Both the position numbers and the translations under genes were made by a program. A stretch of DNA of 37,444 nt from a virus. The stretch is from the IMG/VR virus record IMGVR_UViG_3300045988_122803, positions 1 through 37,444 of that record; one strand, written 5' to 3'. Every line of letters begins with the position of its first letter. Position 1 is the stretch's first letter. Below the pieces are notes generated by a model. That model saw nothing but the letters and a program-made list of their open reading frames with translations, searched no databases and had not been told where the DNA came from. Shown piece after piece: positions 1-6,794 of this stretch.

Positions 1-42
1 CTCTTAATCAATGGGCCGTGGGTTCGAGTCCCACCGAGGTCA
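1..42 (+). tRNA. 3' portion of a tRNA-Lys(CUU) gene (anticodon loop through discriminator); the 5' part lies upstream of the window
   Basis: Reads CTCTTAA (anticodon loop: U33, CTT anticodon, A37) / TCAAT (3' anticodon stem) / GGGCC (variable loop) / GTGGG-TTCGAGT-CCCAC (T arm) / CGAGGTC (3' acceptor strand) / A (discriminator). Collinear with the usual tRNA-Lys layout. Confidence 0.75.
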
Positions 43-43
43 C
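1..43. repeat. attL core (43-bp direct repeat)
   Basis: Identical 43/43 to 37402-37444. Confidence 0.9.
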
Positions 44-47
44 AGGG

Positions 48-80
48 AAACCGCTCCTAATAGGGCGGTTTTCTTCGTTT
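48..80 (+). terminator. Hairpin plus T-rich tail directly after the tRNA 3' end (phage-supplied)
   Basis: AAACCGC(48-54)/GCGGTTT(65-71) stem, extendable by 2 pairs, followed by TTCTTCGTTT. Confidence 0.55.
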
Positions 81-156
81 ATATGCCTTTTCTCTTTGTA
101 CTTGTCACCGCTTTTAAGTATATTTAATGCGTAAAAGTTGACATATAGTTTGCAAT

Positions 157-1455
157 ATGGCCACATTTAAACCAGAAATCCAGAATAAACGCGCCGACGG
201 GACATATAATGTCCGAATAAGGATAACCCACAATCGTACAATCCGGCGCATGTCTACGCATATCTATGTTACCGCAGAGGATTTAACGCGAAACCTTAAA
301 ATAAAGAACCAATCCGTACTCGACAGATGCGAAGACCTTATTAGAAAGTGCCGGGAATTGTGTAACGGTCTTGGCTACTCTATTAACGCAATGCCGATCG
401 ATAACCTGGTAGACAAGATAAAAGAATATTTGCGGGGCGGCGAACAGTTCCATTTAAATTTTATAGAATACACGAAGCAAAAAGCGGCCGAAATGACGCC
501 GGGAACGGGCGCTACTTATCTTATAATGCTAAATGCGTTACAGAGATACATAAAACGCGATAACCTGGATATAACGGAAATAAACGCCGCCTTTTTACGG
601 GGCTTCGAAAAATTCTTAGAAACGGAACCCTCGCAGCAGGGCAATAACCGCAAAACACCGGCACGAAGCCTTAAAACAAAAGGCGGCCGGGCAGTATCGG
701 CATATCTTGCGTGTATCCGCGCTATACACAATAAGGCAAAGGCAGAGTTTAACGACGAGGACAGGGGGCTAATCCGTATCCCATGTTCTCCGTTCAAATA
801 TTATAGGATCAGGCCGCAACCGAAAACGCGGAAAAGAGCGTTGCCGGTCCAAGCCTTACAAAAAATAATCAATCTGCCGTACGAAAAAGAAAAAAAAGGC
901 GAAAAATGGTCGCGTTTTAACCTGGCAAAAGACTGTTTTATATTGTCCTTCGCACTAATAGGCATGAACAGCGCCGATATGTTTTACACAGAGGGCGACG
1001 GCTTAGATACGATAATATATAACCGGCGCAAAACCGCAAGGCGCCGCCGGGATGATAACGCAGAAATGCATGTGCGTATAGAACCCTGCGTAATTCCGCT
1101 TATCGAAAAATACCGAGACCCTAAAGGCGCTCGCCTGTTTAGTTTTTATAATCACTACACCACCTCGATGATTTTTAATAAGGCTATTAACAAAGGTCTA
1201 AAACAGATCGGAGAAAAATTAGGCATAGAGGGGCTGGAATTTTATGCAGCCCGGCACAGCTGGGCTACTATCGCACGATCGAGCGCCGTAGGCATAGATA
1301 AGGCGACGGTACACGAGGCGTTAAACCACGCCGACGGCGAAATGAAAGTTACCGATATCTATATAAAAAAGGATTGGTCGGTGATATGGGAGGCGAATAA
1401 AAAGGTATTATCCGTGTTTGACTGGACCGAGTTAGAGTTGTTATACCTTATTTAA
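157..1455 (+). CDS. int: Tyrosine recombinase / phage integrase (Bacteroidota type)
   Basis: 432-aa ORF adjacent to attL. N-terminal arm-type DNA-binding-like segment (MATFKPEIQNKRADGTYNVRIRI). C-terminal catalytic signatures ..YAARHSWATIA.. and ..LNHADGEMKVTDIYI (His/Arg and terminal Tyr of the R-H-R-Y set). Confidence 0.9.
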   Translation: MATFKPEIQNKRADGTYNVRIRITHNRTIRRMSTHIYVTAEDLTRNLKIKNQSVLDRCEDLIRKCRELCNGLGYSINAMPIDNLVDKIKEYLRGGEQFHLNFIEYTKQKAAEMTPGTGATYLIMLNALQRYIKRDNLDITEINAAFLRGFEKFLETEPSQQGNNRKTPARSLKTKGGRAVSAYLACIRAIHNKAKAEFNDEDRGLIRIPCSPFKYYRIRPQPKTRKRALPVQALQKIINLPYEKEKKGEKWSRFNLAKDCFILSFALIGMNSADMFYTEGDGLDTIIYNRRKTARRRRDDNAEMHVRIEPCVIPLIEKYRDPKGARLFSFYNHYTTSMIFNKAINKGLKQIGEKLGIEGLEFYAARHSWATIARSSAVGIDKATVHEALNHADGEMKVTDIYIKKDWSVIWEANKKVLSVFDWTELELLYLI

Positions 1456-1517
1456 CCGCATACCATATCCCCGGAGAATTTTTTTTTCATTTTTCTGAAA
1501 ATATTTTGAAAAACGTA

Positions 1518-1547
1518 TTGCATATATCAAAATAATCCCTATCTTTG
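1518..1547 (+). promoter_or_regulatory. Bacteroidota-type promoter TTG-N19-TATCTTTG
   Basis: TTG at 1518-1520 and TAnnTTTG match at 1540-1547, 35 nt upstream of the ATG at 1582. Confidence 0.5.
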
Positions 1548-1581
1548 TAGTGTAAGAAATGAACAAATAAAACACAGAGCC

Positions 1582-1797
1582 ATGAAAAAATTAACCCGCC
1601 TCTCAAAAAAAGCAATTGAATTCTGCGAATTGTCCGGATATGATGTAAACAAGATTCGCGAAAACATGAAATCAGAAAGTTTTGCTTTTCAGATTTGTGA
1701 AACAAGAGAAGATATGAATGACAATGGTGTAGATTATAATTATCCCTATGTCATTTTTAATCCTTTTAATTTCGATATAGAGAAAGAATATGATTAA
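1582..1797 (+). CDS. Hypothetical protein (71 aa)
   Basis: ORF behind a consensus promoter; overlaps the next ORF by 8 nt (coupled). No recognisable motif. Confidence 0.5.
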   Translation: MKKLTRLSKKAIEFCELSGYDVNKIRENMKSESFAFQICETREDMNDNGVDYNYPYVIFNPFNFDIEKEYD

Positions 1798-2113
1798 AGA
1801 AAAGAAACAACACGGCGGCGCCCGTCCCGGAGCCGGGCGGAAGAAATCGGATAATGCAAAAAAGACATTTAGTTGCCGCCTATCCGATCAAGTTGAATCG
1901 CTTTTAAGCGATTTTACGGAAGGAACAGGACTTACTAAAACGCAACTCGTAGAATATTCTCTGTTTAATAGCCTATCCTATAATAATCCGGACGTTGTAT
2001 ATTGCCCGGATTGCGGCAAGCCGGTAGTTTTTAGAAGTATGATCCTGCCAACCGGCGAGTGTGATGTTAAATGCCGGTGCGGGCGCGAGTTTATGGCAGG
2101 ACTATCCGACTAG
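1790..2113 (+). CDS. Putative ribbon-helix-helix DNA-binding protein with C-terminal Cys4 zinc ribbon
   Basis: Basic arm HGGARPGAGRKK, then TFSCRLSDQVESLL..GLTKTQLVEYSL (strand-helix-helix pattern), then CPDCG..(17)..CRCG. Confidence 0.5.
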   Translation: MIKEKKQHGGARPGAGRKKSDNAKKTFSCRLSDQVESLLSDFTEGTGLTKTQLVEYSLFNSLSYNNPDVVYCPDCGKPVVFRSMILPTGECDVKCRCGREFMAGLSD

Positions 2114-2140
2114 ACCGTAGTAAAGCGCTTTACTACGGTC
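2113..2140. terminator. 28-bp perfect palindrome between convergent genes (bidirectional terminator-like hairpin)
   Basis: GACCGTAGTAAAGC|GCTTTACTACGGTC lies exactly between the stop at 2113 (+) and the stop at 2149 (-). No U-tract on either side. Confidence 0.5.
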
Positions 2141-2148
2141 CGCCTGGA

Positions 2149-2745
2149 TTACCAATTATCCTTCTCGGAGTCTAAAACCCCGCCTTCTTTTAATGCCTTT
2201 TCCAGTGACAGTACACTTTTGTTCATCTCATCGACCAGGGAAATAAATGCCCGAAGCTGGTGTTTTTTTAGCAAAGAGGGGGCGCGTTTATCGGTTATAG
2301 GGTAATAGTTTATTATACTGTATTCGTATTCGTTATCCAAATGTGCCGAGCTATTAGGTATTACTGTAGATGCGCTGCATATAATCCGGGCGCGTCCTTC
2401 TTTTATATCTACTCTTAGGATGTGGTATGCTTTCATCGTCCAAGCCCCTAAATTAAAGGACGCAAGGCCGGTATATAGCCCTTTCCCAATAATAACCCCG
2501 CTTTCCTTGTCATCCGTCTGTATAACAGATTTACTGTCGTTATAGGCCCTCGCAAGATAAGATTTTGCCCTGGTGTATATGTCTTCCTTACTGCCTTCTA
2601 TGTTCTCTACTATTTTAGACACAACAACGCTTCCCCCGTCGATTGTATACATTTTCTCCGCTGTATACTTTTCGAAAACTTTTTCGTCCTGTGCAAGGCC
2701 TTGCAAAAAAGGACACATAAATAGTAACAATACTAACCTTTTCAT
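2149..2745 (-). CDS. Secreted protein or lipoprotein, DUF4468-like
   Basis: Signal peptide MKRLVLLLFMCPFLQGLAQ. Body pattern ..GSKEDIYTRAKSYLARAYNDSKSVIQTDDKESGVIIGKG.. resembles the Bacteroidota DUF4468 family. Last gene of the leftward lysogeny operon. Confidence 0.6.
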   Translation of the reverse strand: MKRLVLLLFMCPFLQGLAQDEKVFEKYTAEKMYTIDGGSVVVSKIVENIEGSKEDIYTRAKSYLARAYNDSKSVIQTDDKESGVIIGKGLYTGLASFNLGAWTMKAYHILRVDIKEGRARIICSASTVIPNSSAHLDNEYEYSIINYYPITDKRAPSLLKKHQLRAFISLVDEMNKSVLSLEKALKEGGVLDSEKDNW

Positions 2746-2831
2746 AACCTTTTTTAATTATCGTTTATATTTACCGATACTCCGATTTTATCGGTCAACT
2801 CTCTTCGGGTTAAACCCGGCATTTGCTCCAT

Positions 2832-3155
2832 TTATCCCAGTTTATCTATGTTTTTAATTTTGCTTTGAATCACGCTAATATCCCTTTTCAAGGTATTTAT
2901 ATCGCCTTGAAAAGCGGTAAGACGCTTTTCTATTTTGTCCGGCAATCCCCCGCCCAACTCTCTTTCAGTGTTATACAGTTCGACAAAATCTTTAAACCAA
3001 TTAGCTAACTGTGTAAGTGCTTTCGTATTGGCGTTTACCAGTACTAATACGTCTTCAATAGCTTCTTTTGTATTAACGTACTCACCCGTCAAAGAATGCA
3101 TTTTATTATTTAAGTCAAAGTCCATTTTATTTTTTATCGGTGTTAATCTTACCAT
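2832..3155 (-). CDS. Hypothetical helical protein (107 aa)
   Basis: ORF 24 nt downstream of the repressor gene on the same strand. Predicted helical/coiled; no motif recognised. An alternative start (MDFDL) lies at 3125. Confidence 0.5.
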   Translation of the reverse strand: MVRLTPIKNKMDFDLNNKMHSLTGEYVNTKEAIEDVLVLVNANTKALTQLANWFKDFVELYNTERELGGGLPDKIEKRLTAFQGDINTLKRDISVIQSKIKNIDKLG

Positions 3156-3178
3156 TTTACCCGTTTTACAAGCGCAAT

Positions 3179-3559
3179 TTATGCAATGGCCGCAATATCG
3201 GGAATCTTTTTTGAGAGAGTTTCTATAGTTCGTTGTTGTGATAATACCGTTTCCGTTAACCGCGTAATTTGGTCGAAGACTTCGCGCGGCATAGAAATAT
3301 TATCACTTTGCATATCGTTAGGCGAAGCCGTATTAACGTACTTTTCGCCTTTTCCTGTTTTTAGCCATACCGTACTAATATTAAAAGCCCTACATATATC
3401 GTTCATCACTCTATCGCCAATTGACCTTTTGCCATTCTCAATTGATGAGTAATTTTTAGGGTCTATCCCGGCCTTCGCTGCAAAATCTTTAGAAAGCAAT
3501 CCCGTTTCCATTCGTACCGCTATCAACCTTTCGGTTATTTCCTTTTTATTATCAATCAT
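3179..3559 (-). CDS. XRE/cI-type HTH transcriptional repressor
   Basis: HTH_3 pattern LSKDFAAKAGIDPKNYSSIENGKRSIGDRVMNDICRAFNISTVWLKTGKG. Lies next to the inverted-repeat promoter region and is divergent from the early genes. Confidence 0.8.
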   Translation of the reverse strand: MIDNKKEITERLIAVRMETGLLSKDFAAKAGIDPKNYSSIENGKRSIGDRVMNDICRAFNISTVWLKTGKGEKYVNTASPNDMQSDNISMPREVFDQITRLTETVLSQQRTIETLSKKIPDIAAIA

Positions 3560-3591
3560 TTACATTCTAATTTTGGGGTTATAGGAAAAAT

Positions 3592-3620
3592 AATCATCAA
3601 ATAGTTTGCTTATGATGATT
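3592..3620. other. AT-rich hairpin (8-bp stem, 13-nt loop) between the 3-TM gene and the repressor gene
   Basis: AATCATCA(3592-3599)/TGATGATT(3613-3620), with T-rich flanks on both strands. A weak attenuator/terminator candidate. Confidence 0.3.
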
Positions 3621-3636
3621 TTTGACGATATATTTG
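3605..3636 (+). promoter_or_regulatory. Rightward consensus promoter TTTG-N20-TATATTTG
   Basis: TTTG at 3605-3608, TATATTTG at 3629-3636 (Bacteroidota -33/-7 consensus). Confidence 0.5.
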
Positions 3637-3660
3637 TACTTGTAATTAACAAGGGACTTA

Positions 3661-3691
3661 CAAATATATACAAATTATTTGTACATGCCAA
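3661..3691 (-). promoter_or_regulatory. Leftward promoter TTG-N20-TATATTTG facing the repressor gene
   Basis: The minus strand reads AATTGGCATGTACAAATAATTTGTATATATTTG. The -7 box occupies 3668-3661 and the TTG 3691-3689. Confidence 0.45.
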
Positions 3692-4124
3692 TTACCATAA
3701 GTCCCATAATAAATAATACGAATGCAACGTAACCGATTATTTCACATACGAAAAAGAACGATGAAACATCTGTTTTTAAAACTACGCCGTAGGGCGCTTC
3801 ATCTTCTTTCAGGGCAAACGATTGTTTTATTAGTCTGCGTATCTGAAAAAGGGTGCGCCTGTAAAGAAGCCTATAACCTAATAAGGCAGTGCCGAAAGAA
3901 AGGACGCAAAGTACATTTAGTGGTATCAGTAGATTACACAGAGTGCGCAAAATGCAGGCACTCGAAATATCTTGGGGAGTCTTTAACACTAACGATGCCG
4001 CTAACACTGTAGTAGATATAAGTAAAAATGTACTTAATGCACGGTAAGACACTAAATCATTTTCCAGCTGATACCGTGTATGTAAATCGGTAAGATCACG
4101 TTGGTATTTTTCTCTGTTTGTCAT
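3675..4124 (-). CDS. Small integral membrane protein (3 predicted TM helices)
   Basis: 149 aa. Hydrophobic stretches STFLLISTTVLAASLVL, LCNLLIPLNVLCVLSFGTALLGY and FFFVCEIIGYVAFVLFIMGLMVIGM, with a basic linker YRRTLFQIRRLIKQ. First gene of the leftward operon. Confidence 0.6.
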   Translation of the reverse strand: MTNREKYQRDLTDLHTRYQLENDLVSYRALSTFLLISTTVLAASLVLKTPQDISSACILRTLCNLLIPLNVLCVLSFGTALLGYRLLYRRTLFQIRRLIKQSFALKEDEAPYGVVLKTDVSSFFFVCEIIGYVAFVLFIMGLMVIGMYK

Positions 4125-4149
4125 AATAAAGTAATTAACAAATAAAATA

Positions 4150-4157
4150 CAAATATA
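4150..4157 (-). promoter_or_regulatory. -7 box TATATTTG (read on minus strand) for the leftward 3-TM gene
   Basis: Plus-strand CAAATATA at 4150-4157, 26 nt upstream of the minus-strand start codon (4124). It abuts the ATG of the rightward gene at 4158. Confidence 0.4.
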
Positions 4158-4379
4158 ATGAAAAAAACATTTGTAGAATGGTGGAAAGGCCTGACGCCTC
4201 CGGAAAGGGATGAAGTTGCTATAGAGCTTTCCCGTAAATGCAATACCGCTATAGCAACGGTAAATTCGTGGGGGCTGGGATACAGAACCCCAAAAGCCCG
4301 GTCAAGGGCAATTATTGCAGACTACCTAAAGATATCCCTAAATGTAGAAACCGAAAGTAACACCCTGTTTCCTAATTAA
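4158..4379 (+). CDS. Cro/YdaS-like small HTH regulator
   Basis: 73 aa. ..VAIELSRKCNTAIATVNSWGLGYRTPKARSRAIIADYL is an HTH followed by the W..G.R.P pattern. First rightward early gene. Confidence 0.5.
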   Translation: MKKTFVEWWKGLTPPERDEVAIELSRKCNTAIATVNSWGLGYRTPKARSRAIIADYLKISLNVETESNTLFPN

Positions 4380-4380
4380 A

Positions 4381-4653
4381 ATGGACTTTTTTACTTTAAA
4401 ACAGCAAATAACGGAAGCGGCCGAATTATCGGCGCTGGCTATCGCAAAACAGATGTTCCCGGCTTTCGACGAGGTAAAATTTGACGAAGCCGCTAAGATC
4501 GCGGGTAGCGTACGTTGGCTAAAATACCACATCAAGGCCGGCAATATCCCGCCCAGGCGCCGCGGCCCGGCGAAAAACTCCCCGATCTATTACAGTCGTT
4601 TAGACATCGCCGCGACAAAAAAGGCGGAAGCGGAAATGGCAAAATTAAAATAG
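4381..4653 (+). CDS. Excisionase-family (HTH_17/MerR-like) DNA-binding protein
   Basis: ..FDEAAKIAGSVRWLKYHIKAGNIPPRRRGPAKNSPIYYSRLDI matches the Xis-type winged-helix pattern. Confidence 0.45.
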   Translation: MDFFTLKQQITEAAELSALAIAKQMFPAFDEVKFDEAAKIAGSVRWLKYHIKAGNIPPRRRGPAKNSPIYYSRLDIAATKKAEAEMAKLK

Positions 4654-4655
4654 AC

Positions 4656-4880
4656 ATGGAAAAGAAGAAAATCTACAGACTGGATGCCGAGACAGCATTA
4701 CGCGAGAGATGCGTAAAAATGGCAGTCGACATTATGCGGATAGCGCCCGCGGGGCGTTGGCAACCGCTAACGGTAGCTAACAAACTACACGAATTCATCT
4801 TGGACGAAATTAAAAACAATCTGGAGTGTTTGGAGTTAAGCCCATTTGAGATACACGAAAAGAAAAAATCGGAAAAATAA
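4656..4880 (+). CDS. Hypothetical protein (74 aa)
   Basis: Uses the internal ATG (MEKKKIYRLD..) of track ORF 4515-4880. This start lies 3 nt after the upstream stop. The longer N-terminus overlaps 4381-4653 out of frame. Confidence 0.5.
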   Translation: MEKKKIYRLDAETALRERCVKMAVDIMRIAPAGRWQPLTVANKLHEFILDEIKNNLECLELSPFEIHEKKKSEK

Positions 4881-4913
4881 ATCCGGCATGTTTAACAATT
4901 AAATTTTTTAGCA

Positions 4914-5366
4914 ATGGAAATTACAGTAACAGGAACCGTATTTGTAGAAGTTGGCCCAAAAACAATGGCCATTCTTACAGGTGTAACCAATGTAAAAAGT
5001 CCGAAAACACAGGACGTCTCTACAGACGTAAAAATCCCGCAGGAAACGGAACAGGCGAAAGAACAGAAAACGCGTACCTCCACTAAGCAGGCGGTTAAAG
5101 AAGACACGACAAAGGAGAAAACCGGCTCCTCGTTTGCCGATCTGGACGACGAAGCCAAACTGGAAGCGATTAAGGCAGAAGTAACGAGACACACAAAGAA
5201 CCGGAAAGGGGCAGACATCAAGTGGATGCTGGCCCAGTTTAACGCGTCCAGTGTGTCTAAGATCGACCCGATCGATCCTAAAGACTACGACGCCTTTTAT
5301 AACGCTATTATGCGTTACGGGGCCGGTGAAGCGCTTACAGATATTTTCCCTAGCGATTTGATGTAA
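4914..5366 (+). CDS. Hypothetical protein (150 aa)
   Basis: Co-oriented ORF whose stop overlaps the next start (TAATG). Charged, Lys/Glu/Thr-rich middle region. Confidence 0.55.
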   Translation: MEITVTGTVFVEVGPKTMAILTGVTNVKSPKTQDVSTDVKIPQETEQAKEQKTRTSTKQAVKEDTTKEKTGSSFADLDDEAKLEAIKAEVTRHTKNRKGADIKWMLAQFNASSVSKIDPIDPKDYDAFYNAIMRYGAGEALTDIFPSDLM

Positions 5367-6490
5367 TGAGCGGGACACATGCAATATTAAGTCCGTCGGC
5401 GGCGTACAGGTGGCTAATCTGTACGCCTTCGGCCCGCTTCGAAGAACAGATACCCGGAGAGGAGAGCGTATACGCGGCGGAAGGGACGTTAGCGCACGAG
5501 CTGGCCGCACTTCTTTTAACGGCCCGTGCCGGCTTGTTTAAAGGTCCGCAGAAGGCGTTTAACGCCTTACTCAACAAAATAACCTCTAACGAATTGTACA
5601 GCCCCGAGATGCTGGAGCATTGCGAAGCCTATGCCGGTTTTGTAATAGATAAGGGCGGCGAAATTCTCGTAGAACATTCCTACGATCTTGCAAAATATAT
5701 CCCGCTTGGCCGGGGGACGGCGGATGCGACGAACTTTACAAAATCCACGATATACGTAACGGATTTTAAGTACGGTGCCGGCATACGTGTTTCCGCTACC
5801 GTTAACACGCAGCTGATGTGTTACGGGCTGGGGGCTTACGAAGAGGCAATAAAAAGAGGATTAAACCCTAAAACCTTCGTTCTGTCTATATTTCAGCCGC
5901 GGGCGGGTGGCCCGGCCTCCTGGGAAATAAGTACCGACGATCTTTTAGAATGGGCCTGGGGGGTAGTAATCCCGAAAGCCGGGCTAGCCATGGCCGGTCA
6001 GGGGGAATTTAAACCCGGTAGTCACTGCCAGTTTTGCAAGGCACGCACTTCCTGTAAAGCATATTTTACCCGCTTCTCGGATATAAAATCGATAAAGGAC
6101 AAAAGGGTTATGACCGACGACGACTTAATAGCCGTGCTGACGCATGGTCCTGCCCTGGCCTCCTGGGTTAAAAAAGTAGAAGAAGAAACGGTTAAGCGAT
6201 TGGAAAACGGTAAGCCGCTTAACGGGTTTAAACTCGTAGCCGGACGCGGGCGCCGGTCTTTTAAAAACGAGGACGACGTAGTAGATATCCTATTTGGCGA
6301 AGGTTTAGAAAACGACATCTTCGATAGTTCTATAAAACCTCTTACCGCGATTGAAAAATTAGTAGGACCTAAACGGTTTAAGGAACTCTTTGCAGACTGC
6401 ATAATAAATGTACCCGGCAAGCCACAAATCGCGCCGCTTGACGATAGCAGACCGGCTATAGGCGCTTCCGGGGCAGACGAGTACGACTAA
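5366..6490 (+). CDS. PD-(D/E)XK, Cas4-like exonuclease (DUF2800 family)
   Basis: N-terminal HAILSPSAAYRWLICTPS; DFKYG core. Cys pattern C19 ... C-x2-C-x5-C (HCQFCKARTSC) typical of a Cas4-type Fe-S cluster. Sits in the DUF2800-DUF2815-PolA cassette. Confidence 0.8.
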   Translation: MSGTHAILSPSAAYRWLICTPSARFEEQIPGEESVYAAEGTLAHELAALLLTARAGLFKGPQKAFNALLNKITSNELYSPEMLEHCEAYAGFVIDKGGEILVEHSYDLAKYIPLGRGTADATNFTKSTIYVTDFKYGAGIRVSATVNTQLMCYGLGAYEEAIKRGLNPKTFVLSIFQPRAGGPASWEISTDDLLEWAWGVVIPKAGLAMAGQGEFKPGSHCQFCKARTSCKAYFTRFSDIKSIKDKRVMTDDDLIAVLTHGPALASWVKKVEEETVKRLENGKPLNGFKLVAGRGRRSFKNEDDVVDILFGEGLENDIFDSSIKPLTAIEKLVGPKRFKELFADCIINVPGKPQIAPLDDSRPAIGASGADEYD

Positions 6491-6497
6491 AAATTTT

Positions 6498-6794
6498 TTG
6501 GATATGGATAAAAAGGAAAAACAGGACCGCGTTAAGGAGATTATAAATAATGCGGGCAAAACGTTAGAAGCCGAGGGAGTTAAATACTTTATCGGCGTAG
6601 TAGACAAACAACCGGAATCTCCCGACGGGGGTAAGGTATATGCAAAATCGGATATTTCCGGCGAGGAATTTTGCTATATCCTGGAAGCGGCCATGCCAAA
6701 CCGGAAAGACATTATAAACCTGGGGCTCTGGGTAGGACAAGTATTAACCGCGCGGGACGCCGCTAATAAAAAGGAAAAACATGGAAAACGATGA
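6498..6794 (+). CDS. Hypothetical protein (98 aa)
   Basis: Co-oriented, tightly packed ORF; no motif recognised. Confidence 0.5.
   Translation: MDMDKKEKQDRVKEIINNAGKTLEAEGVKYFIGVVDKQPESPDGGKVYAKSDISGEEFCYILEAAMPNRKDIINLGLWVGQVLTARDAANKKEKHGKR

Noticed and set aside
100-156. Consensus promoter for the integrase gene and shared arm-type sites (GTTGACA at about 138-144 and 37331-37337)
   Set aside because: Only near matches to TAnnTTTG are present (TATATTTA, ATAGTTTG). The shared 7-mer is too short to distinguish from chance without comparative data.
3722-4012. Plus-strand 96-aa ORF antisense to the 3-TM gene, as a possible product of the rightward promoter
   Set aside because: Arg/Lys/Cys/His-rich composition typical of a shadow frame. 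The opposite-strand ORF has coherent TM helices. The region may still be transcribed as a non-coding antisense RNA.
4515-4655. N-terminal 47 codons of track ORF 4515-4880
   Set aside because: This part overlaps 4381-4653 in another frame and is Pro/Arg/Gly-rich. The internal ATG at 4656 follows the upstream stop by 3 nt and gives a normal-looking protein.
4892-5577. Minus-strand ORFs (109, 200, 75 aa) opposite 4914-5366 and the DUF2800 gene start
   Set aside because: They overlap well-supported plus-strand genes, are Arg/Cys/Phe-rich, and have no promoter or operon logic.
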